DNA from: Octopus vulgaris
Taxonomy: Eukaryota
Assembly (NCBI GenBank): GCA_951406725.2
Contig: OX597820.1
Coordinates: 23,064,001 to 23,128,000, forward strand
Reading direction: 5' to 3'
DNA length: 64,000 bases
Of this stretch, positions 52,265 to 64,000 are shown piece after piece (positions within the stretch are counted from its first letter, which is position 1; every line of letters starts with the position of its first letter). Below the pieces are notes generated by a model. The model was not told where the DNA came from and searched no databases. It saw only the letters and a list, made by a program, of their open reading frames with translations. Both the position numbers and the translations under genes were made by a program.

Positions 52265-52925
52265 ACTTTTGTTCACCCAACTATGAACAGTTCTTATTTC
52301 TGCATTATCACTGTTCACCCCAGCTATGAATAGTCCTTAGTTCTACATTGTCATTGTTCACCCAACTATGAACAGTCCTTAGTTCTACATTGTCATTGTT
52401 CACCCAACTATGAACAGTCCTTAATTCTACATTGCCTCTGTTCACCCAACTATGAACAGTCTTCAATTCTACATTGTCCCTGTTCACCCAACTATGAACA
52501 GTCCATAATTCTACATTGCCTCTGTTCACCCAACTATGAATAGTCCATAATTCTACATTGCTTCTGATCACCCAACTATAAACAGTTTTCAATTCTACAT
52601 TGTCACTGTTCACCCAACTATGAACAGTCTTCAATTCTACATTGCCCCTGTTCACCCAACTATGAATAGTCCTTAATTCTACATTGCCTCTGATCACCCA
52701 ACTATGAACAGTCTTCAATTCTACATTGCTTCTGTTCATCCAACTATGGACAGTTCCTAATTCTACATTGTCTCTGTTGACCAAGCTGTGAACAATTCTA
52801 AATTCTATATTACTTTAATTCACCCAGCTACCAATAGCTTTCATCAATACCATTACCTCAACTGACCCATCAATGGACAGCTCTTAATTCTGTATTGCTT
52901 CAGTCAACCCAACTGTGAACAATCC
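52265..52925. repeat. 45-bp minisatellite (TTCTACATTGYCWCTGTTCACCCAACTATGAACAGTCCTTAA-like), about 11 good units plus decayed edges
   Basis: Direct tandem repeat; 15-aa periodicity in track ORF 52308..52784. Confidence 0.95.
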
Positions 52926-53932
52926 TGATTCCTGCATTCATTTGTGGTGAAATGTCCTTAACATGCTAACCACCACATATACCACTGGTTGTTCATCACG
53001 AACTTCACGCAAGTGCCATATGCACCATCTGTGATACATTTTCATAATTTGATAAAATATTTTATTCAGTATCTTTTACATGGTTTTGAGGAATATTTTA
53101 AATAACATGAGTGCTAAATATTAAAGTTTAATTATAAAACATTGTAAAAATGCAAAATTATATCTCCTTGCAATTATGCAGTATGCAGTGTGATTGGAAA
53201 TGCATAGTGGCTCTAGTATGTTCCAGTAACAGGTCATGGCAGTTAACGTGTTAATTCTACATTAAGGAATTTTTCAACAAAACTGATGGCTTTCCCCTCA
53301 TTGATCAGGGCAGTCACAGAAAACTAAATTGCTGAAAGGATGGCCTAATGTATTCACTGTTTGTTATATAAAACATAAAAATAAGAGCAGTTAAAATTTT
53401 GTACACTGTTTGATAGAAATAGTGGAGGTGCATGGCTTAGTGGTAAGGGTGTCAGCATCATGATCGTAAGATTGTAGTTTCAATTCCTGGACTGGGCAAC
53501 TCGTTGTGTTCTTGAGCAAAACACTTCATTTCACTTTGCTCCAGTCAACTCAGCTGGCAAAAATGAGTAACACTGTGATGGATTAGCATCCCATCCAGCT
53601 GGGGAACACATACGCCATTGAAACCGGGAAACTGGGCCCATGAGCCTGGCTAGGCTTTAAAAGGGTACATTTTTTTTTTTGATAGAAATACCAGATGTGG
53701 ATTAATGTCACTAATATCAAAAGTTGACACAAGAAGTTTTGGTTTGTGGGATATGTTGCATTGGACACATGCACAGTTGTGTGGTTAAGAAGCTCATTTT
53801 GCAACCATGTGCTTTCTGGTTCAGTCCTACTGCATGGTACCTTAGCCAGTTGTCTTCTACTATAGCCCCAGGTCAACTAATGCCCAGTGAGGGAATTTGG
53901 TAGATGGAAAGTGTCTGGAAGCCTACTGTATG

Positions 53933-53989
<57 letters not shown>

Positions 53990-55769
53990 TCATCATCATC
54001 ATCATTTAACGTCCGCTTTCCATGCTAGCATGGGTTGGACAATTTGACTGAGGACTGGCGAACCAGATGGCTGCACAAGGCTCCAATCTTCTCCCATATT
54101 CACTCTTTTGATCATGTTGCTTTCAATGAAAATATATAACAAAAAATAGGGTAGAGATGACTGTTACATCTTACTGGAGACAAGGGACCCTCTAGTATGG
54201 GTGCCACAATAAAATGTTTCTATCACACTCAATAGAAAAACAGACGACATAGATTAGAGAGAACTCTTTAGTTCTCTATACAATGGTCAAGACAACCTCT
54301 CTTGCACTGATGCATGAAGAAGGGCATCCAGCCATAGAAACCATGTCAGAAAGTAGTGTGTATGAGCAAAAACATTGATTGGTTTCCCAACTCACCTATG
54401 AAGGTAGTACCTTCAAATAAGATCTCACTCAGATAGTGATGACCTGTGTAATGCATGCTAGCAGGGAAAAATAGATGCAAAATGATATTTGGTGGTTGTG
54501 GAGAAGGCGGTGGTGGTGGTGGTGGTGGTGGCAGTGGTGGTGGTGGTGGTGATTGGGAAATTAATTATATACCTGCTGGAAAAATAAATGATTTGAGCGA
54601 ATAAAACATCGGAGACCACCATTTCATTGGTTGTGCATTTATAACTACAGCAAGTGTTTGTAATTAACCCACCGATGCATGAATTTTAATTTTTATTCTG
54701 CGAATTAATTACAATTCAATAACAACAAGAAATATAAAAACAATATGAATGAAAGAAAAGAAAAAAAGAAAAATAATCATTTAAAAGTATGATTATAACA
54801 ATAGTTGAGATTCATGAAAAGTTAATAACAAATGAACAGAATTTGAAATTGAAATAAATACTTCATATAATATTGTATTCTGACTGCTCCATTTTTGAAA
54901 CACTCTGCATTAATGAGTTAATAAGATTATCATTTTCTGGATTATTAATCTCATCTTTAGATCATATATTTACAATGTTTACATTTACACAACGTTTTGA
55001 TCTCTGATTGTAATTATTCATTTTATTGCTGGATGCATTTGTAATCCCAGACTAGATTCAAACTAGAAAGCTTTATTTCTATATTAAGGGTGATAGCATT
55101 TTTATTCAGAAGGCTGCTGATGTGTATACATTTATTGGTATAAATTTAAATCCAAAGATATTTTTTATTTTTTTATTTCATCTAGTTTTAGCTCACAAGT
55201 TGTGGCCATGCTGGGGCACCGCCATTAAGTAAATGCGAACTCACCAGGATATATAGCAGATTTATTAGATTTGATGGTCAGAGAAATTTCTGTCAGATCT
55301 TATTGTAATGGTTACAGTTTGATAGACAGCTGCTGAGTAAGGACACAACAATTGGATGTTGCCCAGATCAGGATGTGAGACGTTTTGGCATAGCTGTTTT
55401 GGCGCCGCCTAATTGGCATCATTGATTTGATGCTGACTTGACATTAGGTATTTTAATACTTCTCTTTCATGCCCCACCTCTCTCTCTCTCTCTCTCTCTC
55501 TATTTATGTGTGGGAACATTTAATTATGCTTGTAAGTATCTTTTACCATCTACTTATTTCAGTCATTTGACTGTGGCCATGCTGGGGCACCACCCTGAAG
55601 AATTTTTAGTCAAATGAATCGATTCAAGTACTCATGTTTTTTTTAAGCTTGGTACTTATTCTATCAGTCTCTTTTGCTGAACTGCTAAGTTACAGGGATG
55701 TAAATATACCAACATGAGTTGTCAAGTGGTAGTGGGGGTCAAACGACAGACACATAAACACACACATAT

Positions 55770-55968
55770 TCTTTTACTTGTTTCAGTATTTGACTGTGGC
55801 CATGCTGGAGCACCACCTTTAGTTGAGCAAATCGACCCTAGGACTTATTCTTTGTAAACCTAGTACTTATTCTATTGGACTCTTTTTGCCAAACCACTAA
55901 GTTACAGGGACATTAAGCACACTAACATCAGTTGTCAAGCAATGGTGAGGGGACAAACACAGACACAA

Positions 55969-56019
<51 letters not shown>

Positions 56020-56185
56020 CAACAGGGCTTCTTTCAGTTTCCATCAACCAAATCTACTCACAAGGCTTTGGTCAGCCCGTGGCTATAGAAGAAGACCCTT
56101 ACCCAAGGTGCCACGCAGTGGGCTTGAACCTGGAACCATGTGGTTGGGAAGCAAGCTTCTTACCATACAGCCACCCCTGCACCTA
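55770..56185 (-). mobile_element. SINE family A copy
   Basis: Reverse complement of the family A consensus. Confidence 0.85.
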
Positions 56186-57289
56186 TATACATATAAGTGA
56201 AGGTGGCAAGCTGGCAGAAATGTTAGCATGCTGGGCAAAATGCTAAGCGGTATTTCATCTGTCTTTATGTTCTGAGTTCAAATCCCGCCTAGGTCAACTT
56301 TGCCTTTCATGCTTTCAGAGTTAATAAATTAAGTATCAGTTGCATACTTGGGTCAATCTAATCGTCTGGCCCCCTCCCCAAAAATTTTGGGCCTTGCGCC
56401 TAGACTAGAAAAGTATATACATACAAGTGTCTTTCAGTTTCCATCTACCAAATTCACTCACAAGGTTTTGGTCAACCTGAGGCTACAGTAGAAGACACAC
56501 ACTTCCCCAAGGTACCATACAGTGGGACTGAACCTGGAACCATGTGGTTGGGAAGCAAGCTTCTTACCACACAGCCAGTTTCTGTGTATATTTCTGAAAG
56601 AGCTTGTATGTCTGTGTGTGTGATTGCCTCTAGTGCCAAAATACATTGTGACCAAAACATATTTTTTTTTAAATTTCTTTATTGCCCACAAGGGACTAAA
56701 CATAGAGGAGACAAACAAGGACAGACAAAGAGATTAAGTCAATTACATCGACCCCAGTGCGTAACTGGTACTTAATTTATCAACTCCAAAAGGATGAAAG
56801 GCAAAGTCAGCCTCAGCGGAATTTGAACTCAGAACGTAACGGCAGACGAAATCCGGTGTGCTAACGTTTCTGCCAAACATATTGAATGTCCAGTCAGCCA
56901 TATCAAATCATCACCATCCTATCATCTATATCCAATCCTCTCATTCCAACCAGACCATCTGTGGAGTTAATTTGGTTAAGGAATTTTTATGGCAGAGGCC
57001 TTTGAAGTTTTGTCGACATTAAATGAAACGACATTGCTTTCACTGAAGGTCTGATAGGTAGGAACCTTTGGTGACTGGCATATGGGTGCAAGTTTCAAGT
57101 AGCTCTGCTCTATAGAAGCTATAGCTGCTTGTGATTACTGAGGAAGGCGAGAAAATCAAGGTGATTGCTAGTAAGGAGTTTCATTCTTGTTGGTATGTGG
57201 AACAAGAATGTGGTCAGACAAATGGATCTTTTTGGAGACAAGACACATTGTAGTGGGTCCCCTAAGATTGGAATAAATTTCTGGAGAGG

Positions 57290-57327
<38 letters not shown>

Positions 57328-57543
57328 GAGAAAGAGAGACAGAGACAGAGACAGAGGTGGCAATTCACAGGCAGAGTCCACCTCAGTTTCTTCTAATTAT
57401 TACAGAGAAATAGTCAAATGATTATTTTCTTAAAGTCATTTATATATTCTTCAACAACATCACAAACTAAATTCACACTTTAGAGACAATAACATCAGAA
57501 GATGATATGATAAAACGGATTTTGAACTATTTAATGTTTCTCT

Positions 57544-57830
57544 TATTACCTCCGCCTTCACTAAGGTATTGTTTTCAGTTGTGTTTGTTTGTTTGTTTGT
57601 TTGTGGACAAGATATCTCGAGTACCACTGGATGGATTCAGATGAAACTTTCAGGGATATTTGGCCTTATGTCTGGTACAGACCGATTAGATTTTGGGGTC
57701 AATCCAGTACCAGACAAGGATTCTGAATTATTTTTCCTGTTTTTTCACTTAATTTTTAAGAGCGACCAGGTTCATTTTTAGTATTCTCATTTGTGAGAGC
57801 AGTCAAGTTTATTTCAGATATTCTCATTTT
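57544..57830 (+). mobile_element. Helentron-associated (HINE/DINE-like) non-autonomous element fragment
   Basis: TTATTACCTCCGCC start, (GTTT)n, then GATATCTC...GGATGGATTCAGATGAAACTTTC body characteristic of this group. Confidence 0.55.
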
Positions 57831-57838
57831 AATAGAGA

Positions 57839-58108
57839 ATATTGCTAAAAAATAGAAGTCACAAAATACTTCTGTACAACTGAATAGTCACAAATCTATT
57901 ACAGACATGACAGGAAAAAATATCAGTGAACAATAATAATGTCTTACCTCTACTGGGTCAGAACAAGTAAATGCTGGTCAACTTGGTACCAGTTTCGAAA
58001 TTTAGCACCAAATACGTGTCCGATTGATATTTTCCTATCATGTCTGTAATAGATTTGTGACTATTCGGTGGTGCAGAAGTATTTTTTTACTTCTATTTTT
58101 AGCGATAT
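57839..58108. repeat. Inverted repeat (arms ~85 bp, ~100-bp spacer)
   Basis: 57839-57925 is the approximate reverse complement of 58025-58108 (AATAGTCACAAATCTATTACAGACATGA / TCATGTCTGTAATAGATTTGTGACTATT). Confidence 0.85.
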
Positions 58109-58456
58109 AAGTACTCATGTAGTACCCTTGTGTATATATGCACATATCGAATATTGTATGTATATATTTTATTAATTTGCCTGTACTGTTATATATATAT
58201 ATATATATACACTTCTCTCCCCCCTCCCTAACTAACCCTGTCCCTCTCCCTATGTTTCTATATGCCCCCCGTCTTTCGATAACCACCATCGCCATATATA
58301 AACTAGCGAACGCAAATCGGGAACCCCACTCGCTTCCAACTCCACTACGAACGCACAGCTCATGAACGGTTAAAGTTAAGAAATTCTTCTTTCAACCTCG
58401 CTTTCTCCTACCCTTTGCACGTATCATCATTATTCTTTTATTATTCTTCAATTTTT

Positions 58457-61225
58457 CTCTCATATTATTCTTTCAGTACCCTCTCATCATATTATTCTTT
58501 CAGTACCCTCTCATCATATTTTCTTTCAGTACCCTCTCATCATATTATTCTTTCAGTACCCTCTCATCATATTTTCTTTCAGTACCCTCTCATCATATTA
58601 TTCTTTCAGTACCCTCTCATATTTTCTTTCAGTACCCTCTCATCATATTATTCTTTCAGTACCCTCTCATCATATTTTCTTTCAGTACCCTCTCATCATA
58701 TTATTCTTTCAGTACCCTCTCATCATATTTTCTTTCAGTACCCTCTCATCATATTATTCTTTCAGTACCCTCTCATCATATTTTCTTTCAGTACCCTCTC
58801 ATCATATTATTCTTTCAGTACCCTCTCATATTTTCTTTCAGTACCCTCTCATCATATTATTCTTTCAGTACCCTCTCATCATATTTTCTTTCAGTACCCT
58901 CTCATCATATTATTCTTTCAGTACCCTCTCATCATATTTTCTTTCAGTACCCTCTCATCATATTATTCTTTCAGTACCCTCTCATCATATTTTCTTTCAG
59001 TACCCTCTCATCATATTATTCTTTCAGTACCCTCTCATCATATTTTCTTTCAGTACCCTCTCATCATATTATTCTTTCAGTACCCTCTCATCATATTATT
59101 CTTTCAGTACCCTCTCATCATATTTTCTTTCAGTACCCTCTCATCATATTTTCTTTCAGTACCCTCTCATCATATTATTCTTTCAGTACCCTCTCATCAT
59201 ATTTTCTTTCAGTACCCTCTCATCATATTATTCTTTCAGTACCCTCTCATCATATTTTCTTTCAGTACCCTCTCATCATATTATTCTTTCAGTACCCTCT
59301 CATCATATTATTCTTTCAGTACCCTCTCATCATATTTTCTTTCAGTACCCTCTCATCATATTATTCTTTCAGTACCCTCTCATCATATTTTCTTTCAGTA
59401 CCCTCTCATCATATTATTCTTTCAGTACCCTCTCATCATATTGTCTTTCAGTACCCTCTCATCATATTATTCTTTCAGTACCCTCTCATCATATTATTCT
59501 TTCAGTACCCTCTCATCATATTTTCTTTCAGTACCCTCTCATCATATTTTCTTTCAGTACCCTCTCATCATATTATTCTTTCAGTACCCTCTCATCATAT
59601 TTTCTTTCAGTACCCTCTCATCATATTATTCTTTCAGTACCCTCTCATCATATTTTCTTTCAGTACCCTCTCATCATATTATTCTTTCAGTACCCTCTCA
59701 TCATATTATTCTTTCAGTACCCTCTCATCATATTTTCTTTCAGTACCCTCTCATCATATTTTCTTTCAGTACCCTCTCATCATATTATTCTTTCAGTACC
59801 CTCTCATATTTTCTTTCAGTACCCTCTCATCATATTATTCTTTCAGTACCCTCTCATCATATTTTCTTTCAGTACCCTCTCATCATATTATTCTTTCAGT
59901 ACCCTCTCATCATATTTTCTTTCAGTACCCTCTCATCATATTATTCTTTCAGTACCCTCTCATCATATTTTCTTTCAGTACCCTCTCATCATATTATTCT
60001 TTCAGTACCCTCTCATATTTTCTTTCAGTACCCTCTCATCATATTATTCTTTCAGTACCCTCTCATCATATTTTCTTTCAGTACCCTCTCATCATATTAT
60101 TCTTTCAGTACCCTCTCATCATATTTTCTTTCAGTACCCTCTCATCATATTATTCTTTCAGTACCCTCTCATCATATTATTCTTTCAGTACCCTCTCATC
60201 ATATTTTCTTTCAGTACCCTCTCATCATATTTTCTTTCAGTACCCTCTCATCATATTATTCTTTCAGTACCCTCTCATCATATTTTCTTTCAGTACCCTC
60301 TCATCATATTATTCTTTCAGTACCCTCTCATCATATTTTCTTTCAGTACCCTCTCATCATATTATTCTTTCAGTACCCTCTCATCATATTATTCTTTCAG
60401 TACCCTCTCATCATATTTTCTTTCAGTACCCTCTCATCATATTATTCTTTCAGTACCCTCTCATCATATTTTCTTTCAGTACCCTCTCATCATATTATTC
60501 TTTCAGTACCCTCTCATCATATTTTCTTTCAGTACCCTCTCATCATATTATTCTTTCAGTACCCTCTCATCATATTATTCTTTCAGTACCCTCTCATCAT
60601 ATTTTCTTTCAGTACCCTCTCATCATATTTTCTTTCAGTACCCTCTCATCATATTATTCTTTCAGTACCCTCTCATCATATTTTCTTTCAGTACCCTCTC
60701 ATCATATTATTCTTTCAGTACCCTCTCATCATATTTTCTTTCAGTACCCTCTCATCATATTATTCTTTCAGTACCCTCTCATCATATTATTCTTTCAGTA
60801 CCCTCTCATCATATTTTCTTTCAGTACCCTCTCATCATATTATTCTTTCAGTATCCTCTCATCATATTATTCTTTCAGTACCCTCTCATCATATTTTCTT
60901 TCAGTACCCTCTCATCATATTATTCTTTCAGTACCCTCTCATCATATTATTCTTTCAGTACCCTCTCATCATATTTTCTTTCAGTACCCTCTCATCATAT
61001 TATTCTTTCAGTACCCTCTCATCATATTTTCTTTCAGTACCCTCTCATCATATTATTCTTTCAGTACCCTCTCATCATATTATTCTTTCAGTACCCTCTC
61101 ATCATATTTTCTTTCAGTACCCTCTCATCATATTATTCTTTCAGTACCCTCTCATCATATTATTCTTTCAGTACCCTCTCATCATATTTTCTTTCAGTAT
61201 CCTCTCATCATATTATTCTTTCAGT
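58457..61225. repeat. Satellite array of 27-bp and 26-bp units (CTTTCAGTACCCTCTCATCATATTATT / ...ATATTTT), about 100 units
   Basis: Directly visible and highly homogeneous, with occasional 23-bp units lacking one CAT. It produces the spurious 975-aa ORF. Confidence 0.98.
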
Positions 61226-61417
61226 TTTTCTCTCATTACTCTGTCTAGCTCAGTAACATGCCATTTATGTAATGTTTTTCGTTTAGTCTTGTCTCCCTGT
61301 TGCTCCCGTTTCATAGCCACTTATCGTTCCCCTAAAATTTGACTTTCTCAGATTTTTCAAACATACTTTCTTGCTCTCACGATTAACAGAATCCTCTTCC
61401 AGGACCAAAGACTGGAG

Positions 61418-63272
61418 GTGTTTTGCGTTGCAAGACAGTGTGTGAGAGAGAATTGTGATGTGGTAGGAGAGAAGTGTGTTCGCATGGAAGATGGTTCACT
61501 TGCGCTAAATGAGGATGCAAAGAGAGAGGTTTGGAGACGCCACTATGAAAGGTTGCTGAATAAAGAAAATGAATGGGATAAAGGGAGTCTGCCGAATGTT
61601 GACCCAAAAGAGGGACCAGCTATCAGTGTTGATAGTTCCTTGGTAGTTAAGGCAATTAGAAGCATGAAGACAGGGAAAGCCCCAGGCCCATCAGGTATCA
61701 CTGCAGAGATGCTCAAAATATCTGGTAGTGTCGGCTATAGCCTAGTCACCCATATAGTTAATCAGGTGATACACGAAGGAGTCATACCCAATGACTGGTG
61801 TAGCAGCATAATAGTCAACTGCTACAAAGGTAAAGGTGACGCCCTAGATACAAATAATTACAGAGGTATCAAGCTGTTGGATCAGGTGATGAAGGTTACG
61901 GAGAGGGTCATAGCCCAACTAATTAGAGAGAGAGTTAGTTTAGACGAGATGCAGTTTGGGTTCGTGCCGGGGAAAAGTACCACTGATGCTATATTCCTGG
62001 TAAGGCAGCTGCAGGAGAAATACCTAGCAAAAGATAAGCCCCTGTACCTGGTTTTTGTTGACATGGAGAAAGCCTTCGACAGGGTCCCCCGATCCCTCAT
62101 CTGGTAGTCAATGAGGAAACTAGGGATAGATGAATGGTTAGTGAGAGCTGTGCGAGCCATGTACAGGGACACTGCTAGTAAGGAGAGGGTTGGCATCGAG
62201 TACAGTGAAGAATTCCGGGTAGAGGTAGGGGTCCACCAAGGCTCAGTCCTCAGCCCCCTCCTATTTATCATAGTCCTCCAGGCAATAACGGAGGAATTCA
62301 AGACAGGATGCCCTTGGGAGCTCCTCTTTGCTGATGACCTTGCTCTAATTGCTGAGTCACTATCAGAACTGGAGGAGAAGTTTCAGGTGTGGAAACAAGG
62401 ATTAGAATCAAAGAGCCTTAGAGTCAATCTAGCTAAAACCAAAGTCCTAATAAGTAGGAAGGTAGACAAATCACAAACACCTTCAGGTAGATGGCCCTGC
62501 TCGATCTGTAGAAAAGGTGTAGGTAGAAACTCTATAAGATGTACCAAGTGTAAGCTATGGACACATAAGAGATGCAGCAATGTCAAAGGAAGGCTAACTA
62601 GGAAGATGGTTTTTGTATGTGGCAGATGCTCAGGAACAATAAACACTGAAAATGCTCTGAGACCAACTTCTGTCACTTTCCAGGGAGAAAAACTAGAAAT
62701 AGTTGATAGCTTTCGTTACCTAGGTGACCAAGTCAGCAGCGGAGGCGGGTGTGCTGAAAGAGTAACTGCTAGAGTAAGAATACTTCAGAGAGCTCTTACC
62801 TCTGCTGGTGACAAAAGGCCTCTCGCTCAGAGTAAAAGGCAGACTGTATGACGCGTGTGTATGAACAGCCATGCTACATGGCAGTGAAACATGGGCCGTG
62901 ACTGCTGAGGATATGCGTAAGCTCGCAAGAAATGAACCCAGTATGCTCCGATGGATGTGTAATGTCAGTACTCATACTCGACAGAGTGTAAGTACCTTGA
63001 GAGAAAAGCTGGACCTAAGAAGCATCAGATGTGGTGTGCAAGAGAGACGTTTGCACTGGTATGGGCATGTGGCAAGAATGGATGAAGATAGTTGTGTGAA
63101 AAAGTGCCACACCCTAGCAGTTGAGGGAACCTGTGGAAGAGGCAGACCCAGGAAAACCTGGGACCAGGTGGTGAAGCACGACCTTCGAACTTTAGGTCTC
63201 ACTGAGGAAATGACTAGAGACCGAGACCTCTGGAAGTATGCTGTGCGCGAGAAGACCCGGCAGGACAAGTGA
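61418..63272 (+). pseudogene. Disrupted RTE ORF (reverse transcriptase with PHD-type finger)
   Basis: In-frame TAG at 62105-62107, a frameshift/deletion near 62780 and TGA near 62862 split one ORF into the track ORFs 61418, 62111 and 62871. Confidence 0.9.
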
Positions 63273-63425
63273 GACCATAACCCGTGGCCTTCTACATGGG
63301 ATGTAGCCAGCCCACTTATGCATACCTTCCCTTCTTGGGACACAAAACTCTACTTGTGAAGACCTGTTGAGGCAAGTGAGAATCAGAATCGAAATTGATC
63401 AATGGAAATTGCAGCTGAGTTACCA

Positions 63426-63811
63426 GTGCCGGTGGCACGTAAGAGAACCATCCGAATGTGGCCGTTGCCAGCGCCGCCCCAACTGGCCTCGTGTCGGTGG
63501 CACATAAAAAGCACCATCCGCTCGTGGTCGTTGCCAGCGCCGCCCAGACTGGCCTCGTGCCAGTGGCATGTAAAAAGCACCATCCGTTCGTGGCTGTTGC
63601 CAGCCTTGCCTGGCCCCCGTGCCGGTGGCATGTAAAAAGCACCATCCGTTCGTGGCCGTCTGCCAGACTTGTCTGCACCACCATCCGTTCGTGACCGTTG
63701 CCAGCGCCGCCCCGACTGGCCTCGTGCCAGTTGCACGTAAAAAGCACCATCCGTCCTTGGCTGTTTGCCAGCTCCATCTGGCACCTGTGCGGGTGGCATG
63801 TAAAAAGCACC
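63426..63811 (+). repeat. Tandem ~62-66-bp modules in the RTE 3' UTR (GTGCNGGTGGCACGTAAAAAGCACC ... GCCAG-loop-CTGGC)
   Basis: About six copies of the GTGCNGGTGGCAYRTAAAAAGCACC motif (near 63426, 63491, 63557, 63619, 63724, 63787), separated by GCCAG/CTGGC hairpins. Confidence 0.9.
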
Positions 63812-64000
63812 CACTACACTCACGGAGTGGTTGGCGTTAGGAAGGGCATCCAGCCGTAGAAACACTGCCAGATCAGACTGGGCCTGATGCAGCCTTCGGG
63901 CTTCACAGACCCCAGTTGAACCGTCCAACCCATGCTAGCATGGAAAGCGGACGCTAAATGATGATGATGATGATGATATATATATATATATATATATATA

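Larger units (their letters stand above)
61401..63977 (+). mobile_element. 5'-truncated RTE-clade non-LTR retrotransposon (LINE) with ~700-bp 3' UTR and (GAT)n tail
   Basis: RT motifs GKAPGPSGI, NYRGIKLL, QFGFVPGKSTTDAIF, FVDMEKAFDRV, GVHQGSVLSPLLF, FADD and FRYLG. C-terminus LHGSETW...RRLHWYGHVARM...GRGRPRKTW is typical of RTE. The endonuclease domain is absent. Confidence 0.93.

Noticed and set aside
52308-52784. 158-aa ORF with a 15-aa repeat; also superficially CRISPR-like
   Set aside because: It is a pure 45-bp tandem repeat with no unique spacers, no cas genes and a eukaryotic context.
58415-61342. 975-aa ORF
   Set aside because: It is a translation of the 26/27-bp satellite cycling through three frames, with a TTG start and no domain content.
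63316-63928. Antisense and overlapping ORFs in the LINE 3' UTR
   Set aside because: Their periodic peptides simply reflect the GC-rich tandem modules; there is no coding signature.

Overview
This is AT-rich, repeat-dense animal genomic DNA with spliceosomal introns. The SINE/LINE complement suggests a mollusc, most likely an octopus (inference). One host gene is well supported: a TMEM183A-like (F-box-like) gene on the + strand with four phase-consistent coding exons (28175-28246, 30524-30685, 33711-33909, 41225-41810). Its start exon is uncertain. The rest is mostly mobile DNA: three tRNA-headed SINE families, a 5'-truncated, disabled RTE-clade LINE with a PHD-type finger inside its RT, many dispersed copies of that LINE's 3' tail, a solo LTR with a 4-bp TSD, piggyBac-type and mariner MITEs, Helitron-like fragments, a 2.8-kb 26/27-bp satellite and a 45-bp minisatellite. 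Nearly all ORFs in the supplied track are artefacts of these repeats. The most unusual signals are structured-RNA modules in non-autonomous elements: (i) a tRNA-headed element ending in a minimal Penelope-type hammerhead ribozyme motif, with an inverted partial copy; (ii) a ~300-bp palindrome carrying two hammerhead-like motifs with a swapped G3-C8 core; (iii) a tandem array of pseudoknot-plus-hairpin modules in the RTE 3' UTR. All structures were read by eye and none was computed or tested.
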